This document shows, piece by piece, positions 20,097 through 30,918 of a stretch of DNA of 32,000 nt (positions are counted from its first letter, which is position 1; each line of letters starts with the position of its first letter). The stretch covers positions 120,001-152,000 of the forward strand of contig NW_008806285.1 in the NCBI RefSeq assembly GCF_000400465.1. Direction: 5' to 3'. The notes below the pieces were generated by a model. It ran no database searches. It worked only from the letters and a program-made list of their open reading frames with translations, and had not been told where the DNA came from. The stretch is from Wallemia ichthyophaga EXF-994 (Eukaryota; Fungi; Basidiomycota). Position numbers and translations under genes: made by a program.

Positions 20097-22902
20097 TTAC
20101 ATCTTGAAGAGGAAGCCCATATCTTCCGGTGACAATCTACCCATCGCAGCATCGTCACGACCGATAGCAGCATCAACCATGGCAGATTTCTTTTCTTGTA
20201 GTTGAACAATACGGCTTTCGATGGAGTCTTCAATAACGAGCTTGATGCATTGGACGGGTCTCCGCGCACCTAGTCTGTGTACTCTGTCCATGGCTTGGTA
20301 CTCGACAGCTGGGTTCCACCACGAGTCCATCATGTACACTCTCGAGGCTTCAGTCAAGTTAAGTGCAACACCACCTGCTTTGAGCGATACTAGGAAGACG
20401 GTGCAGTGTACATTCTTCATAAAATGCTGTACAACTGCGTTCCTAGTCTGCGGTGTCATGTTGCCTTCAAGTCTACAGATCTGAGTGTGAATTAGCAATG
20501 AGTGGGGTATTGTACCTCAGGCATCACCCACATTAAATCCAGCCCTCTTGAGTCTCCATGCAACCAGATCAAGGAAGTTGACAAACTGGCTGAAGACAAG
20601 CGACTTGATAGTACAGTCCTCTCTTTGCAACTCAGTCAGCTCCTCAACCAGTGCCTCGATTTTTGTCGATGATTTCCAGTGAGCCATGTCGAGTCTGCCC
20701 GTGATGCCATTCGGCTTGCTCGTCTTCAGGCCCTCATCTTCGGCACGCTCTATTGAAGGTTGGTTAATATCGATCGAGATCGGGACGTGGCAAGATGGAC
20801 ATTCTGGCTGCTCGACCAGACTGCCAGTCAAATACTCAGTGATGCAAAGACGACAGAAGGCGTGGTGACAGCGTGCGTCAATCGCGTCTTCTGCTATGTC
20901 GTTACAGATCCTGCATACATGCTCATCTGATAAGTCTTTGCCATACTCTGTAGTACGACTCTTGAGAACAAGATCTGGATGACATGCCATCTGGCGCATA
21001 CGCGTAATGAGTGAGAAGATGTTCGAGTAGTTGTTCAAAATGGTACCTTGGTCAATATACGAAGAGAAAGCGCGTCGAACGTCACTGTATAGAGACAAGT
21101 AGATGTCACGCTCTTCTTCGGAGAAGAAGTCTCTGCGGCACTTGACGATACGCGGTGGCAAGCCGAGATCATCAGCTCGCTCGACTTTGGTGCGGCGGAG
21201 CATCATTCTGTCGAGCAGAATTTTGAGCTTCTTAAAAGCGGTCAAACCTTCACCAACCATACCATACCTTTGGATGGGTGTAAGAATCTCGTTGTTCCAA
21301 AAACAGACGTGATTCATTGGTGATTCACCGCAGTAGTCGCAGTGGCGTCTGTCGGAGAAACTCCAATTCAACGACTTACACTTGGACTTTTTACCGTAGT
21401 AATAAGCGAATGGATCAGCGCCAATAAAACGAACGAGCGAGTAGAGTTCTCCAACTCTATTTTGCAGTGGTGTACCAGAAAGGCACCACTTGAAGTTACT
21501 TTTCAATCCAAAGGCTGCTTTGGAAGTGTTGGATGATCTTTCTTTAATGTTATGAGCTTCATCGAGAATAATCCTGTGCCAGTTTATTGCGTGCAACGGA
21601 CTAGGCTCTTTGATTTTCGAGCCTTTCCTCTGTCTGCCATACTGCTGTATACGAAATGCTGACTCCATCACGGAATAGGATGTCATTACGACATCGTATT
21701 TTTTCAAATCTGCTATGTTTTTGGTACGAGAAGCGCCGTGCCACAGCAATACGTTCATTCCGTCAGTGTAAGATTCTATCTCATTTTTCCATTGGACAAC
21801 GGCGATGGTGGGAGCGACAATAAGGTTTGGTTTCTTACGGTCGCTCAGCAACAACGCGATTGTCTGAATAGTCTTACCCATACCCATCTCATCAGCAAGC
21901 ATACCGCCTTTCCATGGACCCTTCTCTTGTTCCTTCATCCAATACAATGACTCTTGCTGGAAGGGGAGCAGCTTGAGCTTGAGACCAGGGGGAGAAGGGA
22001 GCGTCTGGGGCTTCTGTGGTACGATATCTCTTGACAAATCACCCCAAACATCCTTAAGTTCGGGATGCCAACAACCGAGAGCGACTTGGTTCCTGAAAAC
22101 AATGAGCGAAACAAGATATGCCAAGTTGGCACTCACATTTCACCACGCGTAAGCGTTTTGCGACCAAGTTCTTTTTTCAGTTTTGTCCTCTCTTGTATCT
22201 CAAACTTGTCACGCTGTCTTTTCAAGGCTGCGATGCGCTTCCTCTCGTCTGCCATAGCTTGTTTCTCTTCTTGCGTGAGTTCATCGTTATCCTTGAGGAT
22301 CTTTGGCAATGGCTTGATCTCTTGGACATCGTCGTCGGAAATGTCATGGGGATTATCAGCCTCGTTCGAGGCAACAATGGTAACGTCGTTGTCGCTGGCT
22401 TGTTCAAATTGATCGGCATATTTAATGCTTTCATCATCGGAACTAATCTATTACGTGCGTCAGAGCGCGTCTTATCACTTCTTTATAAGCACTTACGTCA
22501 ACCTTATCGTTAAACGTGGGCTTTCCGTTGGCTGTTTCAGTTCTCTTCCTCTTTGGCTTTGCGTCGACTTGAGTGTATAATGCTTCCATGTGCTCATCCT
22601 CATCTACATCCACCTTGTAATCTTCTTCCTCGTCGTCGTCGCCAATGTCATCTTGCTGCTCGTATTTGTCGTCGTATTCCAATTCATCGTCATCGCTGGG
22701 CTCTTGTTCTAACTCCTCCTGAAAGGTAATCTATATCAGCTTCAACTGTCTTCATTCCTCATGGAGCACCCACATTGACGTCGTCCTCAGCTTTGGCAAT
22801 GTTGAGTGATTCCACTGCCATTTTGGTATCTTGATCATCTGATGTATTGGTGCTATTCACAGTACTAGACCGCGTACTGGCTCTAGTGCTACGCCTTGCC
22901 AT
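20097..22902 (-). CDS. RAD16: SNF2-family RING-finger ATPase Rad16 (global-genome nucleotide excision repair)
   Basis: ATG 22902 (MARRSTRAS..) and an acidic N-terminus. Motifs GGMLADEMGMGKT, LDEAH, WCLSGTPLQNRVGEL, the RING CRIC..CHHAFCRLC..CPSC, SSTKIEALVEEL, SLKAGGVALNL and QAMDRVHRLG. Several introns; TAA at 20097-20099. Confidence 0.95.
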
Positions 22903-22955
22903 TGCGATGGGAGTATTAAACAAAGAAATGAATAAAAATTACAAGTCTATTGAAA

Positions 22956-23725
22956 TCACAGCAGGTCAAAGTCATCAAGCTGTTTCTAGTGTAAGAAATC
23001 CACCAAGACCGCTTAACGCCACTCACCTCATCGTTGTAGTTCATTACAGTTCTCTTGATCTTGGACGTGTCTACCCATGTAACGAAGTCTTCCATATTCC
23101 TGTGCATGTCAGTGTGTTCTATCCCTCCACTCACCCACTCACCTCGTTACCAAGAAGGCTGGATCTGTAATTGTATCTGGACCAACACGCAAATGACCTT
23201 GCTCGATATATTGAGTAGCCTAGACGCTTTAGAGTTATTCCAGCGAGTGTATCCCACCCACAGTCTTCACGCTCTCACAGAGCTTATTCCTCACGCAAAC
23301 AACGGCCAATCTTCTCCTGCAGAAACTAGCCACGCTGATCTTCTCCACGTCGCTAAGCTTCGAACCGATATTGAGCAGTCCCATCTCATAACCCTTGGCC
23401 AATAACTGAGTCTCCATTTGGTGTCGGTATGGGTCTTGCGCTGATAGCAGACTCAATCTGTGTGCCATCTGCCTCATCGATCCGCAAAGTCTGTTGTATT
23501 TGGCATAGTCGTCTCTTCCTTGCAAATGATACCTCCTCATAACCTTTATTTCACGCAGACTTGCATCCTGCTTCCACTGCAAGTTTGTTAGCTAACTTTC
23601 AGTGGTGCAGCATACACTAACATTGACAAAGTCGACCTTCTTAAGAAGTCTGCATGTTTTTAGACGCGTCCTTTTTACTATACACCCCTTACTTACTTCT
23701 GCTCGTGGTGTTTGAGATTACGCAT
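22956..23725 (-). CDS. IMP3: U3 snoRNP protein Imp3 (S4-like RNA-binding domain)
   Basis: Spliced MRNLKHHEQK|LLKKVDFVN|WKQDASLREIKVMRRYH..DDYAKYNRLCG..SVASFCRRRL..TDPAFLVTR..MEDFVTWVDTSKIKRTVMNYNDE|LDDFDLL* (TGA 22956-22958). Confidence 0.95.
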
Positions 23726-23858
23726 ATGATCACAGCTAAGAAAGAAGGTAGAATATATTATGACATTTTCAATTACAAGGGACAAACGCATTACTTTATA
23801 TGTGGAATCACTATAATAAATCATTGATTGTTGGAGCGTGTTTTCAGGCCTCCAAATT

Positions 23859-24845
23859 TTACTTTTTTGACTTCTTGCCAGATTCCTAAAGTTGAATTAG
23901 TCGTTGTTCCTTTTATTCCCGCTTACTTACTTTCTTAGCAGCCTTTTTTGGTGGCTCTGGTTGTGGCTCTGGCTCTGATTCAGATTCTGAAGAGTCAGAC
24001 TCGGATGAACCTGATCCCGATGAGTCAGATTCTGAAGAGCCTGAGCCTGATTCAGATTCTGAAGACTCCTCCGACTCTTGTGCTGGCTCTGGTTGCTTTT
24101 CTTCTTTCTTTGGCTTGGATGTCTTGGATGCTGGAGCCGTCTCCTTCTTCTCATCCATCTTGCTAGCAGTAGCTTTTGAGGACTTTGGCTCATCCTTTGC
24201 AATCTTCTTCTCCTCCTTCGTATCTTGCTTTGGTTTTTTCTCAGCTGGCTTCTTTGGAGCTGGCGTTGTTGAAAATCCTTCGTTCTCTCCTTTTTTGCGC
24301 CAGAGTGCCTCCCTACCAGACTTAACGTACTCATCTCTTTGCTGCTCAAACACATCAATTGACTTTTGGTACTTTTTGTTATATTTTTCTTTTTCAGCAG
24401 GATCAATTGAGTTCCACTCCTTGCCAACTTGACTCATGAATTGAGGTTGAGTTTGGGATGGATCTTTCTTGAGGCGCATGTCATTTTGGAAGAGGAGGTA
24501 AGCTGAAGCAGGTCTCTTTGGAGCTTCTGGGTCCTTTAAAGGCTTCAAACTCTTCTTTGTGAGTTGAAGATCCCTGTCGTTGTCGTAGAAGATTTTCTTG
24601 ATTACCCGTAATTGTGAGTCCATAGTTCTGGCTGTATTTGCGAGTGTCTCAAAGAGCGCATTTTCAAGTGGCGTATGCTCAATTGGTGGTTTCTCCTCCT
24701 TTGGTGAACCATCAGCAGAGCGCTTGTTTGAGGTTTGCGGTGATTGCTTTTTGTCACTTTCATCTTGCTTAACCTCTTTAACATCCTTCTTGGAGCCCTT
24801 TGGAGTTTTTGTAGGCGATTTGGTTGAGTTTGCTGCGACGGCCAT
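23859..24845 (-). CDS. HMG-box chromatin protein with Lys-rich linker and Ser/Glu/Asp-rich tail (Hmo1-like)
   Basis: HMG box KDPEAPKRPASAYLLFQNDMR..FMSQVGKEWNSIDPAEKEKY; tail SEESSESESGSGSSESDSS. A terminal intron (GTAAGT..CTAAT..TTAG) gives KK|ESGKKSKK* (TAA 23859-23861). Confidence 0.88.
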
Positions 24846-24859
24846 AGTAAAAATTTGAT

Positions 24860-24955
24860 TTCCCTATTAAATTTGTAGATGGAAGTTTGTTTGAAGGGGG
24901 GATGCGCGCGCGATTGAAATGTAATAGAACGGGGCGCTTCAAATTTAATAGGGAA
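24860..24955. repeat. Perfect 16-bp inverted repeat with a 64-nt spacer
   Basis: TTCCCTATTAAATTTG (24860-24875) is the exact reverse complement of CAAATTTAATAGGGAA (24940-24955). The spacer holds G6 and (CG)4 runs. No target-site duplication is seen. Confidence 0.95.
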
Positions 24956-25025
24956 CCCCCATATTGAATGTGTAAAAATCATGAAGATGAATGATTTTTT
25001 TGAGCTTAATGAGATTTTTGGTGTT

Positions 25026-25041
25026 TGTGTGTGTGTGTGTG
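25026..25041. repeat. (GT)n microsatellite
   Basis: About 7-8 uninterrupted GT units. Confidence 0.8.
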
Positions 25042-25131
25042 GTACTAGTGCTAGAGAATAGCAAAGCTAGAGAACTTGTTGGGCTGGCTGCAGACGTTGG
25101 TTACATCAACCCAACTAAGACAAGAAGAAAT

Positions 25132-25690
25132 ATGGAATTTAAAAGTGAAAAGAGTTTTGTGGCTTTTTATATGCCTCTACCGCTCCTTACCTCGCCTTAC
25201 TTCGCCTTTGCAAGTTAAAGTAGCGAACAATGGATTCAGCGAATGGGTTAAGAAAAGTGCTGATATTAGGTTATAAGATCAAATGAGCAGCTCAAAAGCA
25301 GATCAAGCCTTGAAATAGCAGCCTCAGATTGAGTAGCAAATTCTCGGGGTGTGTATAAAGGTTTTACCCTCTTGGACCTCAACACCCACCAACACTCATC
25401 AACACTCATCACAAGCAGAGAGATTGCAAGGTGCTCAATATGATGAGCGATGATAAAACTGAGTTTAATCAAATATTAGAAACGAACCCAGAATTCATAA
25501 ATTGGGCAAAGGTTAGTGATGCTTTGTGGCACGTGACCAATGGCTCAGGCGAGTTAAAGAAGGAAGCTATGTATCATCCACCAGATCAATCAGAATCTGT
25601 GTCGAAATACATTGAGAGACGCCTGGTTGAGAGGGGCTGGCCGAATGAGATTGAGCAGATACTTGTTCTAATTAGAGATGAATCTAATGG
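25132..25690 (+). other. Possible small multi-exon or degenerate gene, or 5' exons of the downstream PNUTS-like gene
   Basis: Protein-like segments RDCKVLNMMSDDKTEFNQILETNPEFINWAK and KEAMYHPPDQSESVSKYIERRLVERGWPNEIEQ are flanked by donor-like GTGTGT, GTTAGT and GTCAGT. I found no phase-consistent splice into the next gene. Confidence 0.3.
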
Positions 25691-25726
25691 TCAGTTGATT
25701 TTACTATGGCGTTGTTTGATAAATGA

Positions 25727-28040
25727 ATGTTTTCTTTGTGTATTAGTTCAACCAATCAGCGTACGCCATTTGATTCAAAGAGCAATTTACTGACGAATTC
25801 TACAGCAACAGTAACAGCAACAGTACATGATAATAATGAAAATTCAAGTAATCCGTAAGTACCAATTTCTACTCATAATTGAATGCCTGACTCACATCGC
25901 TTACTCATCAAGTAGCAAATCAAATACACCTAATCACACAGGATTAACAGAGGAACAGGAGGAATATAATATTATTACTGCCAAAGTCTATGACTCTATA
26001 AAGCAATTACCCCACAATCCCGTGCAAATTGCAAACACGATAATTAACTGCATCTTTAACGCAGTCTTTGAAGCTGATTCTAAAATCAGAATTCTGGCTT
26101 TGGAGGCTGCAAATAATGATCAGCTTGATATTCGCACTGAAAGTGAATACATAGATGTCTGGTCCGGCAATAAGAAAGCCATTAAATTATTGTCTGGCTG
26201 GTTTAAAGATGCTTGCTCGACACACAAATCTGATATTGAAGAATGGAAGCCAACTCAGCTCCCTTTATTGTTGGTGAGTTTCTCTTCAAATTCCACTCTA
26301 AACCACCCAACTAACGTGAACCAGTTCCTGACTAAAATTAACTTTGAAACCGAGAAAATTAAACAAGAAGATTTCTTAAGTCTCGTTAAAGTGTTGTGTG
26401 CTTCACCTGACCCAAGTATGCTATCGTCTTTTTGTGAGAAATGTCTTTGACAAGCCACAGATGTTGCAGAAGCAGCCAGGAACTTGGAGCACAAGTGGAC
26501 CCAGCAGGTGTCACCGCCGCTACCACAGGGAAGAAGCTCAAGGTCGAGTTCCAAGCGCTCGATCGAGACAGCCAACGATGGTGGGTGAAGGGTGGATGAA
26601 AATTTTCTCAACTAACTCGAGCCTCGTAGAATCATCCAAGAAGGTGAAAGTGGAAGGAAAGCCACCGGCCACTCTCTTTCCCAGTGCCAAGTCTACAATA
26701 TCGAAGCTGCCGTCCTTCAAAAAGGCACCCAAGGTGCAGGAGATACCAGGAGTACATACGCAAGCGCCAGCGCAAGAAGGGAAGAGTAGTACACGTGCAT
26801 CTCCTCAACAAGCGCCGCCATCTGCAGCAGCCAGCAGAGCGACACCAGTGAACAAACAAAACCCATTCGCCGATTCGCTGGCCATGATGAGTCAAGAGCA
26901 CCAGAAGAAGCGCCCAACATTCAACGACCACCCGGCCAGGCCACCGCCAGGACAGCGGGAACAGCGAGAGCAAGAGAAGCGCGCGGCGGAGTCGGCAGCG
27001 GATAGTGCGAAGAAGGCCAACAGTAAATCCGTACGATGGATGCCTGAGCGTGAGCTAGTCAGTGTGAGGTGGATCGAGAGCCGTGCGGAGCAAGATGACG
27101 TGAGTAGTTTGTGGAATGTGCTATTATCGGGTATGCTGACGCAGCGCAGCACCACGAACACCTCGGCGACGCTAAGCAACTCGAAGTAGACGAGGGAGCT
27201 ATGCTTAAGAAACATATCACGTCTGTCGACGAAGATCAACCAGAGGAGTATGACATTCAGGGACAAGCGGGTAATCAAGCGCAGACGTACGCACAATCAC
27301 AATCACTACCACACCAAACACCCCCTTCTACACCTCAAAAGCGCACCAAAGATATCAGACAGTGGTTCGAGCCGTATATCTGCGAGAGAAATCTGGATGA
27401 CCAGGCAGAATTAACGTCATCCGAGAAAGAAGTACAGGAGCAGAGAGAAGCGACGACGATAATGGCTACATATCTCACAGAAGATCAAATACCATTCACA
27501 CCAGCAGAGCCCAAGAGGGTGCTTGATTCGAGGAATGACGATGGAAAAACAACAGTGATGATAAAGTCAGACACAGCAGATGAAGCTCCGCCAGTAGCTG
27601 GTGGAATTAGTGCACCTTTAAATAGTATACCACCCACACAATTTGGTTCTTCATTCGGCTCAATACCTCCAACGAACAGCATCCAGCCTGAGCAGCAGAT
27701 GATGCTCCATAATATACTAACAGGTAATACGAATGCGGGTGGATTGCCTAATTTCTCCGCTTATGACCTCCCGCCTAAGTCCAAGGCGTTTTATCAGCAT
27801 GGGGAGAGGGAGAGGAAGGGCAGTGGAAGTTATGGAGGTGGCTATGGAGGTGGATATAGCGGCGGCTATGGCGGTGGCTACGGTACCAACTACAGCGCTA
27901 ATCACAGCCCCGACAGCAGTCTCAACATTGGCTCAAATGGCTCAAACAACTACTACCAAAAACCAAAATACGAATGTAAATTCTACAGACAGGGAAACTG
28001 TACCAAGGGGAGTAGGTGTACGTTCAAGCATTCAGCATAG
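25727..28040 (+). CDS. PP1 nuclear-targeting subunit-like protein (PNUTS/Ppn1/Ref2-like) with a C-terminal CCCH zinc finger; start uncertain
   Basis: Helical N-terminal domain ending VAEAARNLEHKW (TFIIS N-terminal-like). RVxF-type PP1 docking motif KSVRW (about 27025-27039) followed by LVSVRWIE. (YGGG)n repeats and the finger ECKFYRQGNCTKGSRCTFKH. At least 4 introns join ORFs 25827.., 26398.. and 27111.. Confidence 0.8.
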
Positions 28041-28119
28041 CATTTTCACTCTTTTTTGTAACACCTTGTGTATTTTTACAGTTATTATCCTATTAGGGAT
28101 GAAAATTGATATAAAGACC

Positions 28120-30265
28120 CTACTTAGACGCCAGCTTGCTGCCGATAAAGGCGACGAGGACGGCTGAGCCAGCAAAGGCGATGGCGGCGGGGAGGAGAAG
28201 GTCTCTGGGTATTCCAAGTACATCAGCGTCTGTGTGACCCTTTGAAGAAGCGGGTGATTTGTTTGTGTGCTCCTCTACAGGCACGCTCGTATGAGCCTCG
28301 TGAGGAAGCTTTTCCTCCACCTCCCTCTCACCATTCTTCTCAATCTCCTCGACGTCCCTGACGCACTGTGACTGGTGGATGTTCTCGTCCCTCACGACCA
28401 CCGCCGGCGTCTCGTCCGTTGGCTTGACTACCTCGACCGCCTCCCAACCCCTGCCACCGTTGACAATGAGGAGGACGCGCGACTGGCGTTTCTTTTGCGC
28501 GACAACGACGGCGTCTTTAACATCGGAATCAGCGTCGAGCACGACGTGATCGCCGTCATCATCCTCGTAGAGCAGGGCGAAGTCGTACGGATCGGGCATG
28601 TCGAGGTCGTGTACAGGTGTTGATTCCACGTGTTGCGAGAAAAACGGATCAGTGGATAGCTTGGAAGGGGGTTTTGTGTCAGTGTGAAATGTTTTTCCGT
28701 AATCCTCCACTCACCTTGCCTGCTACTATATCGCGCAGATGCTCCAGCGATAGTGTAGGCGACTCGAAGCGATGGATGCGCTGGGATGGGCTGACGAACT
28801 TGAACACTGCGACTTGAGCATGTTCATCGGTGGCTTGAGCGTTGCTACCCGTAACAGCCTCTGACTCCATAAGGGACGTATTGAGTCCGACCTGGGATGT
28901 CTCCTCATGGTCGACGACCGACGCTGAGTCGTTAGGGTGGAGTTCGCTATCATTGCGCCCGTTGGGTGAACCCACATCGCGGGAGCCAGAAACAGCTGAC
29001 TCTGCATCATCGGGAGCTGCGGCGAGCGTGCCGAAAAACTTGCCCCACATAGGACCACCCTCCTCTTGCTCCGCGCCGCCATCCTCTGCCGACATGGCGT
29101 TGATCTGCTCAAGAATTGCGTAGGTGAGTTTGAGGACGTCGACAATAGCCACCAGTCTGCCCTCGTCGACGACAGGCATATTGAGATAGTGGCCTGCGTA
29201 CATCTTGCGCAGAGCCTCTTGAATTGTCATGCTAGGTGGAGCTCTGTCGGGATGAGGAGTCATGACGCGCACGACGCTGCAGCGATCAGGCTGCAAACCC
29301 GCAGCAATCACCCTAAGCACGACGTCTTTCGAGGTGAATATACCAGCTATTTTGGCCTGCTCGCCTCCAACACCCGTGTCCATTACGCAGACGGCCGTCG
29401 TGCGGTGCTGCTTCATGATGCGCGCCGCCTCGCGCACGCTCGTACGCACGGAAACGGTGGCAGGGTGGGTGCGAGCGTCGAGCACAGAGTGCAGCTCAGG
29501 AAGGGCCATACGGTCGCGCAAGGCGTCTACGTAGTTCATCATAGCGGACGCCTGGCGCGTGTGCGTGTTGCCCCCGAGCTCGTTCTGCACGCCTTCCAGC
29601 GCCGTGTATAGCTTCTGCGACGCGCCGTAACCTCGCTCGATCTTGTCGAGGGCCTCGTTGAACACACGCGTAATGTCGAGCAGCCCCACTACATCCCCGT
29701 CATCGTTGCATACGGGTAGGTGACGGAAGGCGCGCGACACCATCAACTGGAGAGCATCAGTGGCGCTGGAGGAGTCACGCGTGACGAGCGGGTTGGGCGT
29801 CATGATTTGCGAGACGGGTGTGTGGCGCGTGTCCATGTTCTCGGCTACCACCCTGAATGCTAGATCCTTGGCGGTGAAGATGCCGCAAAGCGACTCGTCA
29901 TCGTCTACGACTAGGACACAGTCGGTACGCTTGGCAGCACAGAGCTGGGAGGCGTCGGCGACTGAGATGGAGTCGGGGACAGTGAGAGCAGGGGAAGGCT
30001 TGAGGGCGGCGACAGAGCCTGGCTGCTTCTGGTTGCGCTTGGGCTGTCTACTGGAATGCTTTCTGTTGGAGTGGGTGGACTGGGTGGAGCCAGGGCGCTT
30101 CTTGCCCAACTCAGTCTCGATCTTGCGCCTGAGAGCCTCGTCTTTCTGCGTGTTGCGCTTTCTGCGGTTGTCTGGAAGTGGAGATGGGGAATCAGACATG
30201 GCTGGAGATGGTGAGAGTGGTCTGGAGGAGAGGGATGAAGGGTTGCGCTGGGGGATGCGTGACAT
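28120..30265 (-). CDS. CBS-domain plus PB1-domain protein with a C-terminal transmembrane segment (Mug70-like)
   Basis: Two CBS pairs (GIFTAKDLAFRVVA..FRHLPV; GIFTSKDVVLRVIA..YLNMPV), a PB1 domain (FKFVSPSQRIHRF..|..LLYEDDDGDHVVLDADSDV) and a hydrophobic tail LLLPAAIAFAGSAVLVAFIG. One intron (GTGAGT..CTGAC..CAAG). Confidence 0.9.
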
Positions 30266-30348
30266 GTTAAAATTTAGATGATGGTGGTTTGAACGGAGGA
30301 ATATCACTGGCCATCTCGAGCATCTCCCAGCACACACGACTCTCACCG

Positions 30349-30369
30349 CGACGACGACGACGACGACGA
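30349..30369 (+). repeat. (CGA)7 trinucleotide repeat
   Basis: Seven perfect CGA units; the final A is the A of the uL14m ATG. Confidence 0.95.
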
Positions 30370-30881
30370 TGCTCGGATTGAAATCGACGATGAATGTGGG
30401 GCGTGCGTGCTAGAATATAAACAGGGCTAACGACACACACAAGATAATAGACAACTCAGGCGCTCTGGTTGCAGAAGTCATCAACGTCCTCAAAGTCAAG
30501 TCTGGCAGTGGCATTGGCAGCGTCGGGGATGAGTGCGTGGTGGTCATCCAATCAGCCAAACCGATCCCCGCGAATCTCAACATATCTGCAAATTCACCTG
30601 CAGCAGCCAACAAGATCAGGAAGGGCGATATACGCAGAGCTGTGATTGTACGCACAAAGCAGCAGATTAGAAGACCAGATGGCCGCTTTGTCAGGTTCGA
30701 CGACAACGCAGGTGTTCTCATAAACCCTAAGAAGGAGCTTCTCGGCTCTAGGATCTCAGGCGTAATTGCTAACGAGGTGAGGCAGAAGGGCTGGGGGAAG
30801 ATTGCGTCTGTTGCGCCCAAGGTGAGTGTGGTGTAGATTACATGATGATTAGACTAACACTCGGAACCACAGCTACTCTAG
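30369..30881 (+). CDS. MRPL38: Mitochondrial ribosomal protein uL14m (L14)
   Basis: MLGLKSTMN|[78 protein letters not shown]|LL* (TAG 30879-30881). Confidence 0.95.
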
Positions 30882-30918
30882 TAAGGCATTGCAATATGTA
30901 TTTATAGATAATCATTCA

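Noticed and set aside
23960-27890. Tandem repeats at about 23960-24075 and 27830-27885 (also 1700-1730 and 2500-2530) as CRISPR-like or mobile repeats
   Set aside because: They are in-frame low-complexity coding repeats (SES/DS, YGGG, QD, AS) with no spacer structure.
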